From NCBI GenBank assembly GCA_965237955.1, contig OZ250169.1:6976001-7040000 (forward strand): a DNA stretch of 64,000 bases, written 5' to 3'. Both the position numbers and the translations under genes were made by a program. A model generated the notes under the pieces. It was not told where the DNA came from. It ran no database searches and worked only from the letters and a program-made list of their open reading frames with translations. The DNA is from Candidatus Marinacidobacterales bacterium. GTDB lineage: Bacteria > Acidobacteriota > Vicinamibacteria > Marinacidobacterales > SMYC01. Within the stretch, counting starts at the first letter, position 1. Every line of letters begins with the position of its first letter. This document shows, piece after piece, positions 32,330 to 41,330 of the stretch.

Positions 32330-32482
32330 TCAGTTCACTTAGCGCCTTGCCGGCATCGACGTCGTACAAATCAACTCCAACGTGCTGGTAAAGAGGCTAG
32401 CCTCGTTACCGGCGATACCTTATAGGCTCGGCACCACTTTGGCGAACGGCACAACGCGAATTGGACTGGATGCTGAATGCTG
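32317..32482. repeat. Repeat-armed cassette, copy A
   Basis: 21-bp heptamer-built inverted arms (32317-32337 / 32462-32482) around a cargo homologous to 41185-41306. Confidence 0.85.
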
Positions 32483-33908
32483 GATGCTGATCTCCGACTA
32501 CTCCCCCCCCCGCGGCGTCCAGAACCGCTCTATAACGCTCGAAGTCGCCGCGTGCGATGTGGGGCCTCAGAAAAGTAATGTCAAAGTTTTGGGACGCGAC
32601 ACGCACCGTCAACGCGCTGGCGCTGACGCGGGTCAATCGCTCGATTTCAGCGACGTGCCAGTGCCACGTGCCGTGTCGCGACGTCTCGAAAGCGATCCCG
32701 TCCGCCCGCAGTAACAAGTCTCCGGTGCAGTGGCCGACGAGATGCTCGTGACGCGCGACGAAGCGCATGGGAAGGGACTCTTGAAACCGAGCGCGCTCGA
32801 GCCCCTCGGACAACTCCGCCGAGCCCGGGTAATCGGGATGGTGTGCGGTGATAGCGTTCAACAACGCTTCGCCGTCGTCGACCCTGCCTTCTTCGCGCGC
32901 ACGCTCGGCGTCGGCAAACAGTGCGCTCATGGATTGTGCTGGTTGGGTTGCGCTCTGTTCCGGCGCCGGTTGCGGCCAAAACCAAGCGGCCAGTGCGACG
33001 CCAGTCATGAGCGCCGCGGCCATCCATCGACGAAGCCGGCTCGGGCGGGTTGACGGAATCGGCTGCGTGGGTTCCAGATCGACGAGCGTTCCTCGCTCGA
33101 GAGCGTCGAGGTGGTCGATCAAAGAATGCGCCGAGCGATACCGATCTTCCGGCTTTTTCTCGAGCAGTCGAGCGCACACGACGTCCCAGAGGGGCGAAAC
33201 ACCGGGACGCGCGACCGACGGCGGTATCGGCTCATCGTGCAGTACGCGATAGATCGTCCGGCTCACCGTCGCCGCATCGAACGGGCGCTCTCCAGTCAGT
33301 AGCTGATAAAGAATCACGCCGAGCGAGAACAAGTCACTCCGTCCGTCGACGCGTTCGCCCGAGAAGATCTCCGGCGACATGTAGCTCGGTGTTCCGATGA
33401 ACTCTCCCGTTGCGGTCAGGTCGAGAGCTTCGACCTTGGCGATGCCGAAGTCGACGAGCTTGATCATGGGACCGGGCTGGTAGAGAACGTTCGCGGGTTT
33501 GATGTCGCGGTGTACGATGCCTTCACCGTGAGCGTAGTCCAGAGCGCTCGCGAGCTGGCGAATGATGAGCCGCACTTCGTTCTCTTCGGGAAGACCGCGT
33601 TCGATTAGCTGCGATAGTCCAATCCCGGGAAAGTACTCCATGGCGATGAACGGCTCATCACCCGTGAAGTCGGTGTCATAGACGCTGACGATGTGCGGGT
33701 GTAGCAGATTGCCGGCAATTTTCGCCTCGCGGCGGAAACGCTCGAGAAACGTTTGCCGTTGGGCGTCGTCGAGAGAGAAGCCGAGTCGCACGACCTTGAT
33801 AGCTAATATCCGATCGAGCTCGGGATCGCGCGCCTTGTAAACGACACCCATATTGCCTCGCCCGATCTCTTCGAGCAGCTCGTAGCGGGAAAGGTAATTT
33901 TCGGGCAA
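32406..33908 (-). CDS. Membrane Ser/Thr (Hanks) kinase with a TPR-like helix pair and a C-terminal beta domain; both ends uncertain
   Basis: IGRGNMGVV, HRDIKPAN, DFG, YMSPE, one TM; may start at ATG 33994 and end at TAG 32498 if indels (poly-G near 32505) are errors. Confidence 0.9.
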   Translation of the reverse strand: MPENYLSRYELLEEIGRGNMGVVYKARDPELDRILAIKVVRLGFSLDDAQRQTFLERFRREAKIAGNLLHPHIVSVYDTDFTGDEPFIAMEYFPGIGLSQLIERGLPEENEVRLIIRQLASALDYAHGEGIVHRDIKPANVLYQPGPMIKLVDFGIAKVEALDLTATGEFIGTPSYMSPEIFSGERVDGRSDLFSLGVILYQLLTGERPFDAATVSRTIYRVLHDEPIPPSVARPGVSPLWDVVCARLLEKKPEDRYRSAHSLIDHLDALERGTLVDLEPTQPIPSTRPSRLRRWMAAALMTGVALAAWFWPQPAPEQSATQPAQSMSALFADAERAREEGRVDDGEALLNAITAHHPDYPGSAELSEGLERARFQESLPMRFVARHEHLVGHCTGDLLLRADGIAFETSRHGTWHWHVAEIERLTRVSASALTVRVASQNFDITFLRPHIARGDFERYRAVLDAAGGGVVGDQHPAFSIQSNSRCAVRQSGAEPIRYRR

Positions 33909-34043
33909 TGTGCGTGGCTCGGCACGGCGTCCTGGTTGTGGACACCTGAAAACGCTGGGGGGTTCGACGTGTCGAATTTGTGTTCTTCAGTCATGTTAGC
34001 ACCTGGAGCCCGATTTCCAACGGGGCTGCCGCTCTCTGAGGGT

Positions 34044-34083
34044 GTGTGGTTTTCCCCACAACAAAGCGTGGGGAAATTCCTAC
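34044..34083. promoter_or_regulatory. Pair of 16-bp quasi-palindromic operator-like sites between the divergent kinases
   Basis: GTGTGGTTTTCCCCAC and GTGGGGAAATTCCTAC. Confidence 0.6.
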
Positions 34084-34209
34084 GCCATTGAATCGACCCG
34101 CGAACACTTGCGTTTTGCGAACGGACAAATTAGCCTGAAGGTATCTCCCGTCACGATCGAAATGTACTCACCCTCGACGTGTGCATGGTCGCGATCGTGA
34201 GGAGGCTGG

Positions 34210-35931
34210 ATGGAGCTCGTTGGACACCAAGTAGGCGCATACAGAATCTTGTCTCTCCTCGGTCGTGGTGGTACGGCCGAGGTCTATAAAGCGTTTCACC
34301 CCGCGTTGAAACGTGAGGTCGCCGTCAAGGTGATCCTCCAGGAAGTGAGCCACGACCACGACTGGGTGCGGCGCTTCCGCCAAGAGGCTGAGCTTCTCGG
34401 TCGGCTCGACCACCCGCATATTCTCCCGGTCTACGACGCGGGCGAGCACGAGGGAAGACCTTACCTCGTGATGAAGTACATGGCCGACGGCCGAACGCTC
34501 CGCACGCAGCTTTCGGGGCAACCGTGGCCGCTGAACCGAGCGGTCAAAGTCGTCGGTCAAGTCGCCGAGGCTCTCGACGCAGCGCACCAAGCGGGCGTCG
34601 TCCACCGCGACATCAAACCCTCGAACATTCTGGTCACGCCAGACCTCAGATGTCTGGTGTTCGACTTCGGTATCGCCAAGCCGTTCCGACGGGACGAGAA
34701 CACCACCGGCTCCGGCCTCATCGTCGGAACACCCGAGTTCATGTCGCCCGAACAGTGCAAGGGCGACAAGATCGACCACCGCTCCGACATCTACTCCCTC
34801 GGCGTCATGACATACCAGATGCTCACCGGCCACGTACCGTTCTCCGCGGAGACAGCGGTCGGCATTCTCATGAAGCATCTGACCGAGCCGCTTCCGATCC
34901 CACCGAAAGGGGTCGCGCTCCCGCCGGCGGTCAACGGTGTGTTGCGGAAGTCGATGGCGCGTGACGCAAGGGACCGCTTCGATGCCGCAGGCGAGTTTGG
35001 GGTCGCGTTTCATCAATCGGCTGATCAGCGCGCGACGGTCACGCTGCACGCTGGAGAGATCCGACGGGCGGCAACGCCGACGTTGAAACTCCCTCAGTGG
35101 GTGCGCAAGTGGAAGCGCCAGGAGATCCGCCTCGGTCTCGCCGGCGCGGTGCTACTGACAATGGCGGGAGCGATCTATGCACTTTGGCCGAGCTCGTCAA
35201 CACCACAACAAGGGACCGCGATCGCCGGGCCGCCGGCACCGCCGCTCGTTACGGAGGGGGCGGAGGGAGCAACGACCGATGCCAACGCCGACGCTCCCGA
35301 GTCTCAGCCCGCTCCGCTACCGCTTCCCCCTTCGGCGCCGGTTCGCCGCCCGGGACATATCGATACGAACCCATCGATATCGCTCGGCAGCCTCCATATC
35401 GAGTCGAATGCGCCGGCGAGCGTGCTGTTGGATGGACACCCGATCGGAGCGGCGCCCGGCGTCTTCCAATCGGTCGAGCCCGGTGAGCGAAGCGTTATCC
35501 TCGACGCCGGCCAAGGCCGCGTCCACGAGCAAACCGTGGTTGTCACCGCCGGCTCCACGCACCACCTTCGTTTCGATTTCGAGACGACGCCGGTGGACGT
35601 CACCGGTGCGATGGCCCGACCGCATCAAAGCGAAAGCATCGTGTCGAGCGCTACGAGCACGACGTCACGAAGATTCGACCGACCGCCGCGCATTCGCGAG
35701 TGGACAGGCTGGCTGACGGATGCGGATTGCGGAGCGACGGGGGGCAAGCAAGGCGCCCTTCACCTACGGTGCGCCGAACGTTGTATCCGATCGGGACAGC
35801 AGCCGATGCTGTACTCGCGCGGCAAGCTCTATCGCATCGATGGATTCGAGAACGTGACCATCGTTCGCGGCGAGCCGCTTACGGTTCGAGGCTGGCTCGA
35901 GCTCGACACGATCCACGTCAGCGAGCCATAA
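34210..35931 (+). CDS. Membrane Ser/Thr kinase with a PEGA domain and a C-terminal Cys-containing OB-fold-like domain
   Basis: GGAGG RBS; LGRGGTAEV, HRDIKPSN, DFG, FMSPEQ; TM; GSLHIESNAPASVLLDG; WLTDADCG..CAERC. Confidence 0.92.
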   Translation: MELVGHQVGAYRILSLLGRGGTAEVYKAFHPALKREVAVKVILQEVSHDHDWVRRFRQEAELLGRLDHPHILPVYDAGEHEGRPYLVMKYMADGRTLRTQLSGQPWPLNRAVKVVGQVAEALDAAHQAGVVHRDIKPSNILVTPDLRCLVFDFGIAKPFRRDENTTGSGLIVGTPEFMSPEQCKGDKIDHRSDIYSLGVMTYQMLTGHVPFSAETAVGILMKHLTEPLPIPPKGVALPPAVNGVLRKSMARDARDRFDAAGEFGVAFHQSADQRATVTLHAGEIRRAATPTLKLPQWVRKWKRQEIRLGLAGAVLLTMAGAIYALWPSSSTPQQGTAIAGPPAPPLVTEGAEGATTDANADAPESQPAPLPLPPSAPVRRPGHIDTNPSISLGSLHIESNAPASVLLDGHPIGAAPGVFQSVEPGERSVILDAGQGRVHEQTVVVTAGSTHHLRFDFETTPVDVTGAMARPHQSESIVSSATSTTSRRFDRPPRIREWTGWLTDADCGATGGKQGALHLRCAERCIRSGQQPMLYSRGKLYRIDGFENVTIVRGEPLTVRGWLELDTIHVSEP

Positions 35932-35934
35932 AGT

Positions 35935-35989
35935 TAAAGTTAAAGCGGGCACGGCTCTTTGCCCCCACGCCCTTAACCGTGCCCACTTT
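35935..35989 (-). terminator. Intrinsic terminator-like hairpin
   Basis: AAAGTGGGCACGG...CCGTGCCCGCTTT followed by AACTTTAACTTT on the minus strand. Confidence 0.65.
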
Positions 35990-36167
35990 TCTCGAGAACG
36001 CTACCGGAGGAAGAACGCCTGCCACAGGACGGGAATTCTGCGGCTCGACGTTCTCCCTCCGGTCCCCGGATGCCGGCCTGGTCCGAACACTCACCCCCCA
36101 CACGAGCGTTACGTGTCCATTCCCAGCCGGCTTCGCGTCGCTCCAACCAAAGTAGCCCCACAATGCC
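35935..36167 (-). ncRNA. Candidate sigma54-dependent structured small RNA (~230 nt)
   Basis: Lies downstream of a -24/-12 promoter; three long stems; those with non-Watson-Crick pairs show G-U on the minus strand; U-rich tail; no credible ORF. Confidence 0.6.
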
Positions 36168-36177
36168 CCTCAGGTAT

Positions 36178-36359
36178 TGCAAGGCGAATGCCAGGAGCAC
36201 GCTCGCGAGCCGATCGCGCTAACCACTACGGCATAACGGGTTACGCTTTTGGCGTGATCAGCGGGAGTGTAGCGGCGGTGGGAACACTCGATCGTTTACG
36301 CCGCCCCGGTGTAGCGCCGGTCGCTACACTTAATCTTGCTCAGCGAGGGTCGCTACACG
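36178..36359 (-). promoter_or_regulatory. sigma54 promoter plus palindromic enhancer sites
   Basis: Minus strand CTGGCATTCGCCTTGCA (GG 36192-1, GC 36180-79); GTGTAGCG-N5-CGCTACAC at 36309-36329, degenerate copy at 36267-36287, half site at 36352-36359. Confidence 0.8.
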
Positions 36360-38138
36360 TCGCTTTCGCCCGGATCGCGCCCCTTCCGCGAGCGCAGGTT
36401 CTTGTGAATCAAGGTGCGATGCATCCCGGACTCTTTCGCGGCGTGGCTGATGTTACCGTCCGTTTGCGACAGCACGTAGTCCACGAAGCGGTCCTCGAGC
36501 TCCTGGGCATAGATCCCAGAGAGCTCCTGAAGCTCGTTGCGGCGGCGTTTCAGCTGGGCGTAGTCCCGCGGGAGGTCGGCCATGAGCCGCTTGAAGGGGT
36601 CTTTGGCAATCTTCAAAATATTCTTCCGCGTGCCCGAAACCTCTTGGGGCAGATCGTCGAGGGTGATCGATCGGCCGCGATTCTCGACGACGAGCCGTTG
36701 CACCACGTTCTCGAGCTGGCGGATGTTGCCGCGCCACTCGTGATTTCGTAGACAGTCATAAACCTCAGGCTCGATCTGAGGTCGTTCCTTGAGGCCAATC
36801 TCGATCGTGAAAACGTTCACAAAATGGTCGACGAGCAACGGAATGTCTTCCTTCCGCTCGCGCAACGCCGGGAGCTCGATCGGGTACACCCACAGGCGAT
36901 AGTACAAATCCTCGCGAAATTCCCCTTGTTGCACCAGCTCGCGAAGGTCTCGATTCGTCGCCGCCACCACGCGCGTGTCCACGCTGATCGTGCGCCTGCC
37001 ACCGAGGCGCTCGAACGTGCGCTCTTGCAGGAACCTGAGAAACTTCGCCTGCAGCTTTTTCGATAGCTCGCCGATCTCGTCGAGAAAGAGCGTCCCCGAA
37101 TCGGCCATTTCACAACGGCCCATGCGGTTGACCGCTCCGGTGAACGCGCCCGGCTCGGTACCGAAGAGCTCCGCCTCCAGCAAATCCTCGGGGAGGGCGT
37201 CGCAGTTCACCACGACGAGAGGTTTGTTCGCGCGATCGCTCGCTTTGTGAATCGCGCGCGCGACGAGCTCTTTACCGGTGCCGCTCTCGCCGTCGATGAG
37301 CACGGTCGCTTGTGTGGGCCCTACCTGCTCGATGCGCTCGATGATCTCGAGCATCCGCGGTGACGAGCCGACGAGCCCGTCGAAATACGTTTTCCCCTTC
37401 ATCTCGCGGTACAGACGCTTGCGGGCTTCCACCTCCTCGTCGAGGCGGAGGGTCGCGTTCAAAAAGACCGCGGTAAGTCGTCCGAGAGCTCGCAGTAGCT
37501 CGAGATCTTTCTCACCGAACGCGCCGCTGGCCCGCTGGTTCTCGAAATAGATGCAGCCCGCCAGATAGTCTTTGAAGCGCAACGGGATGGCGAGAACGGA
37601 GCGGAGCTTGAGCTGTTGAGCGCTCTCCTCGTTCGCGAGGAGCTCGTCGACTTGAGCGTCGTCGACGAGCACGGAGTCGTTTCCGGCAGCGATCTCTCGG
37701 ATGATGGTGCGGCTCACCCGGGGGTCGTGGTCAATGCTTTGGTGCCGGTCGTTGCGCGCGGCCATGACCTCTGCCTCGGACTCGGCGCTGCGAAAAAGCA
37801 AAACCGCGCCCGAGCCGGCTCCGACTTCGGCAAGCAGGTCGTCGAGCACTCGTTCCGAAGAAACGGTGTGCGGAGCGCTCCTCGAAAAAATGCATGGCGG
37901 TCCGAGTCGCGAGATCGACGAAGGGCGAGTGCAACACCCCGGTGCCCTTCGTGTAGAGCTCGTTCTCGAGCTCGGTGATGGCGGCGTCCAACGACTGGAG
38001 AATTTCGGGGGCGACCGACGGTCGTGGTTGGTGAGCGGCCGACAGATCGTGAACGCGCTGGTGCAGCCCCTTCAGTCCGGTCAGGACTTTCTGATACGAA
38101 GCGCCTTCTTCGGAAATAGGATCTTTACGTCGCGACAC
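36353..38138 (-). CDS. sigma54-dependent activator (GAF, AAA+, Fis HTH); frameshift near 37860
   Basis: GESGTGKE, GAFTGA, LFLDEIGE, FREDLYYRL, WRGNIRQLEN, GNISHAAKESGMHR; N-terminus in ORF 37731-38159 (GGAG then GTG 38138). Confidence 0.92.
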
Positions 38139-38212
38139 GTCGGCTCCATAAACAGGCACCCCGGTTGCGAGAATCTGCGGGGGAGCCCGCAGCCCGCAGC
38201 CTTTACTCTAAC

Positions 38213-38458
38213 TCAAGACGACGCCGGGGGGGAAGAAGAAGCCACCTCCCCGTTCCTATGGCTCTTTGGGGCGGGGTGGAGGATGTTTCGTAGGACGAAT
38301 CGCTGGCTTTCTACAAACACATTCAAACATAGCGGGCATCGGTCGAGATGACTCAGGATCTTCGAACGGGTGCCGCCGTCACAAAGCCCATCGATGAGCT
38401 GAGCGAGCGCCTCGGCGTCCGGGCAAACCCCGCGCGCCAACCGCCGTTGGATCATCAT
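38213..38458 (-). CDS. Short zf-HC2 anti-sigma-like protein, probably truncated
   Basis: CPDAEALAQLIDG...HLDRCPLC (HxxxCxxC); GGAGG RBS; directly follows the ECF sigma gene. Confidence 0.75.
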   Translation of the reverse strand: MMIQRRLARGVCPDAEALAQLIDGLCDGGTRSKILSHLDRCPLCLNVFVESQRFVLRNILHPAPKSHRNGEVASSSPPASS

Positions 38459-38474
38459 GGCTCATCCTCCCGTT

Positions 38475-39056
38475 TTATCCAGGCCGTTTATAGCAGGCAA
38501 TTCTGGGCAACTTCTGCCCTGCCTGCCCTGCCCGGGTTAGACGGCTAGCGACGTAGTCTTCACGCCCGGGGACGCCGACGTTTTCGAGAGCATCCTCCTC
38601 GACGCGCTTGGCACGTTGGCGGCGTGGGAGTTGGATCGCGAGATCCCAGAGAGCCTCCCCGCTGAGAGCTGTATCTGTCCGGGTGAGAAGCATTTCTCGG
38701 GCCTCGTGGAAGTCGATACCATCGCGGTAGAGGAGCGTTTCCAGCTCGACCGCAGTCGCCCCGAGCCTCGTGGCGGTCGTGGACGGACGCCATTTACCCC
38801 ACTTCTGGGTACGGTAGTCGAGGAAAAGTCGCTGCATGACGACGGTGAGGTACGTCCGGAAGCTACTGTCGCCACGGTATTTCCGAAGCCGGGCGTAGTC
38901 GTTCTCGACGAGTTTCAGCATGGCGTACGACGTAAAGTCCTCGCGTTCGTCCGTCTCCAGGCGATTGCGACGGGATAAAAAGCGAATGAGCTCCTCGACC
39001 AGCGAATAATGGGCCTCGAAGAGCTTGCGGCCTTGGGCTTTCGTGCTGTTCGACAT
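38475..39056 (-). pseudogene. ECF sigma factor lacking region 4
   Basis: Region 2 (EDFTSYAMLKLVENDYARLRKYRGDSSFRTYL...GKWRPS); similarity breaks at the CCCTG repeats near 38515-38535. Confidence 0.7.
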
Positions 39057-39243
39057 ATCGTTCCTCCCACTCGACTCTCACAAGAAAGATTCGAGCGCTT
39101 CTATTGGAGTCAACGTCGAGGATCGAAAACCCGAACAGGTTTTTTTTGGGATTTTTTTCGGCAGGAAGGCAGGAGTTCGTCGCGGTTTCCTGTACTAATA
39201 ACTCTCGAAAGCTTCTTTTCTGGAAAAGAAAACTCACCGGTAT

Positions 39244-39282
39244 CTCTGCGAAACCTCTGCGTCCTCTGCGCCTCTGCGGTGA
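39244..39282. repeat. Tandem CCTCTGCG repeats (REP/STRR-like)
   Basis: Four (C)CTCTGCG units downstream of bshA. Confidence 0.75.
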
Positions 39283-39302
39283 TTTCTTTCTTTTGAAGCC
39301 GG

Positions 39303-40415
39303 CTAGAGCAATCGTTCGTAGAGAGCTTCGTATTGGGGAATGATCTTGTGGCTGTCGAACTCGGATTGAGCGCGCGCGCGGCCGGCATCGGCGAAGCGGC
39401 CGTGTTTCTCGGCGTCCGAGAGGAGTCCGATGGCGGCGTCAGCCATGGCCCGGACCTCACCCACCGGGACCAAATAGCCGGACTCACCATCGGTCACGAC
39501 TTCGGGAAGCCCGCCCACCCGCGTTCCTATTACAGGGACGCGGCAGCTCATCGCCTCGAGCGCAACGAGACCGAAGCTCTCCTGCTCACTAGGAAGAAGC
39601 AGCAGATCGGCGCAGCTCAATAGGTCCTCGAGGTAGTCCTGCTCGCCGAGGAAATGTACGTGCTCGGCCAGACCGAGCTCTTTGGCGAGCTGCCGCACGA
39701 AGAGTCTTTCAGGCCCCTCGCCGACGAGCAGCAACTTCGCCGGGATCTCGCGTCGAACGAGATCGAACACGCGAACGACGTCGGTCACGCGTTTCACCGG
39801 ACGGAAGTTGGACGCGTGGATGAGGATTTTCTCGCCCGCGGGCGCCCAGTGCTCGGCGCCGTAGTCCGAGGTTGTTCGTCCTCGCGACGTATCGATGAAG
39901 TTGTAGATGACGTCCACTTCGCGCTCGAGCGAGAACTCATCGATCGTGCGTTGTCGCAGAAACTGAGACACCGCCGTCACTGCGTCGGAAACTTCGATCG
40001 CGAATTTGGTGACGCGGTGGAACGATTCGTCGGCGCCGACGAGGGTAATGTCGGTGCCGTGCAAGGTCGTCACGATCTTCGGGGCGCCTTCGCCAATGAT
40101 TTCTTTGGCGAGGAACGCGCTGACGGCATGCGGCACCGCGTAGTGCGCATGGATCACGTCGAGGCTCTGCTCCGCGGCCACTTCGGCGAGCTTCGTCGCC
40201 AGGCCGAGCGTATACGGCGGGTACTTGAACAAAGGGTACGTGGCGACTTCGACCTCGTGGACGCGTACCCGCGGATTGAACTCTCGGAGCCGAAACGGCA
40301 CCGAGTAGCTCACGATATGAGCGATATGCCCGCGCTCCGCGAGGCCGAGCGCGAGCTCGGACGCGATGACCCCGCTGCCGCCATGTGAGGGGTAGCACAC
40401 GATGGCGATGTGCAT
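39303..40415 (-). CDS. bshA: N-acetyl-alpha-D-glucosaminyl L-malate synthase (bacillithiol biosynthesis)
   Basis: [55 protein letters not shown]. Confidence 0.94.
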   Translation of the reverse strand: MHIAIVCYPSHGGSGVIASELALGLAERGHIAHIVSYSVPFRLREFNPRVRVHEVEVATYPLFKYPPYTLGLATKLAEVAAEQSLDVIHAHYAVPHAVSAFLAKEIIGEGAPKIVTTLHGTDITLVGADESFHRVTKFAIEVSDAVTAVSQFLRQRTIDEFSLEREVDVIYNFIDTSRGRTTSDYGAEHWAPAGEKILIHASNFRPVKRVTDVVRVFDLVRREIPAKLLLVGEGPERLFVRQLAKELGLAEHVHFLGEQDYLEDLLSCADLLLLPSEQESFGLVALEAMSCRVPVIGTRVGGLPEVVTDGESGYLVPVGEVRAMADAAIGLLSDAEKHGRFADAGRARAQSEFDSHKIIPQYEALYERLL

Positions 40416-41140
40416 CAGGTAATCCTCGTGAACAAGCGATCGAAGAACTGAATCGGGTCGTCCACTTTCATGGCCTCGCGTAAGTAGAATGCCTCGCCGA
40501 AATCGGTGTCGATCAACGCTCCGTGATAGCGATCGATGGCTTCCACGCGATTCAGAAAACAGGGCTGGCTGATGTAGGTCTCGGGACCCGCTTTGTCTTC
40601 GCTATGAAGTTGGGACGCATACGCACGCACCGCGCGCATCTTGACTTCGTAGAACGGCGTGATATCGATGACGAACGAGGGCGCTATCTTGTGCGGCACG
40701 AGATAGTAGAGCACGCAGTTCGGCCGGTGTGGCGCTCCGCCGGCTTGGTATTTGCTGAGACCGGCGAGATAAGCCGCTTCTGCGACCAAGGTGCCCGACG
40801 CGGTGTGGTCCGGATGGTTGTTCTCCGGATAGTTCGTGAACACGAGCTTGGGTTTGTGCTCGCGAATGGATTCGACGACGGCTCGTTTCGTTGCTGCGCT
40901 CACGACGAGACCGCCGTCGCCCAGATCCAGCGTCTTGCGGACGGACGCGTGCAGAAGCTCCGCCGCCTCGGCCGCCTCACGCGACCGATCTTCACGCGTT
41001 CCCCGCGTCCCCATTTCCCCCGCGGTGAGATCGACGATACCGGTGCGATACCCGAGCGAGTGCAGCTTGAGAAGCGTGCCCCCCATGGTGAGCTCGACAT
41101 CGTCCGGGTGCGGACCAAAAGCAAGCACGTCGACATGCAT
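40415..41140 (-). CDS. bshB1: Bacillithiol biosynthesis deacetylase
   Basis: HPDDVEL, DLTAGEMGTRG, HPDH; adjacent to bshA. Confidence 0.92.
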   Translation of the reverse strand: MHVDVLAFGPHPDDVELTMGGTLLKLHSLGYRTGIVDLTAGEMGTRGTREDRSREAAEAAELLHASVRKTLDLGDGGLVVSAATKRAVVESIREHKPKLVFTNYPENNHPDHTASGTLVAEAAYLAGLSKYQAGGAPHRPNCVLYYLVPHKIAPSFVIDITPFYEVKMRAVRAYASQLHSEDKAGPETYISQPCFLNRVEAIDRYHGALIDTDFGEAFYLREAMKVDDPIQFFDRLFTRIT

Positions 41141-41163
41141 TGGTTGGATTCTACAGCATTGTT

Positions 41164-41327
41164 GGTATTCGGCATTCGGTCCAAATCAAGCCCGGCCGGT
41201 CATCGACATTGTGCAGGACAACGAGCCTGCCGGTAAACAGGCCAGACTCGTTACAGGCGAGACCTCAAAAGATTGGCACCAGGGTGCCTAACCGGCACAA
41301 CGTGAATTGGACCGAATGCCGGATGCC
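41164..41327. repeat. Repeat-armed cassette, copy B
   Basis: Arms GGTATTCGGCATTCGGTCCAA / TTGGACCGAATGCCGGATGCC; cargo homologous to copy A. Confidence 0.85.
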
Positions 41328-41330
41328 GCC

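Noticed and set aside
32317-32482. HDV-like ribozyme or integron attC reading of the cassette
   Set aside because: The 3' GCGAATTGGAC resembles the HDV J4/2-P2 end, but I could not build a P1/P3/L3 pseudoknot consistent in both copies. There are no RYYYAAC/GTTRRRY boxes and no integrase.
35918-36200. ORFs 35918-36163 and 35973-36200 as proteins
   Set aside because: Weak starts, no RBS, one begins upstream of the promoter, and strong RNA structure explains the region better.
38154-38169. sigma54-like AGGCACCCCGGTTGCG on the plus strand
   Set aside because: Spacing is correct, but it points antisense into the anti-sigma gene with no enhancer or downstream product I can support.
39244-39282. 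Short tandem repeats as a CRISPR array
   Set aside because: The 7-9 bp units have no unique spacers and there are no cas genes.
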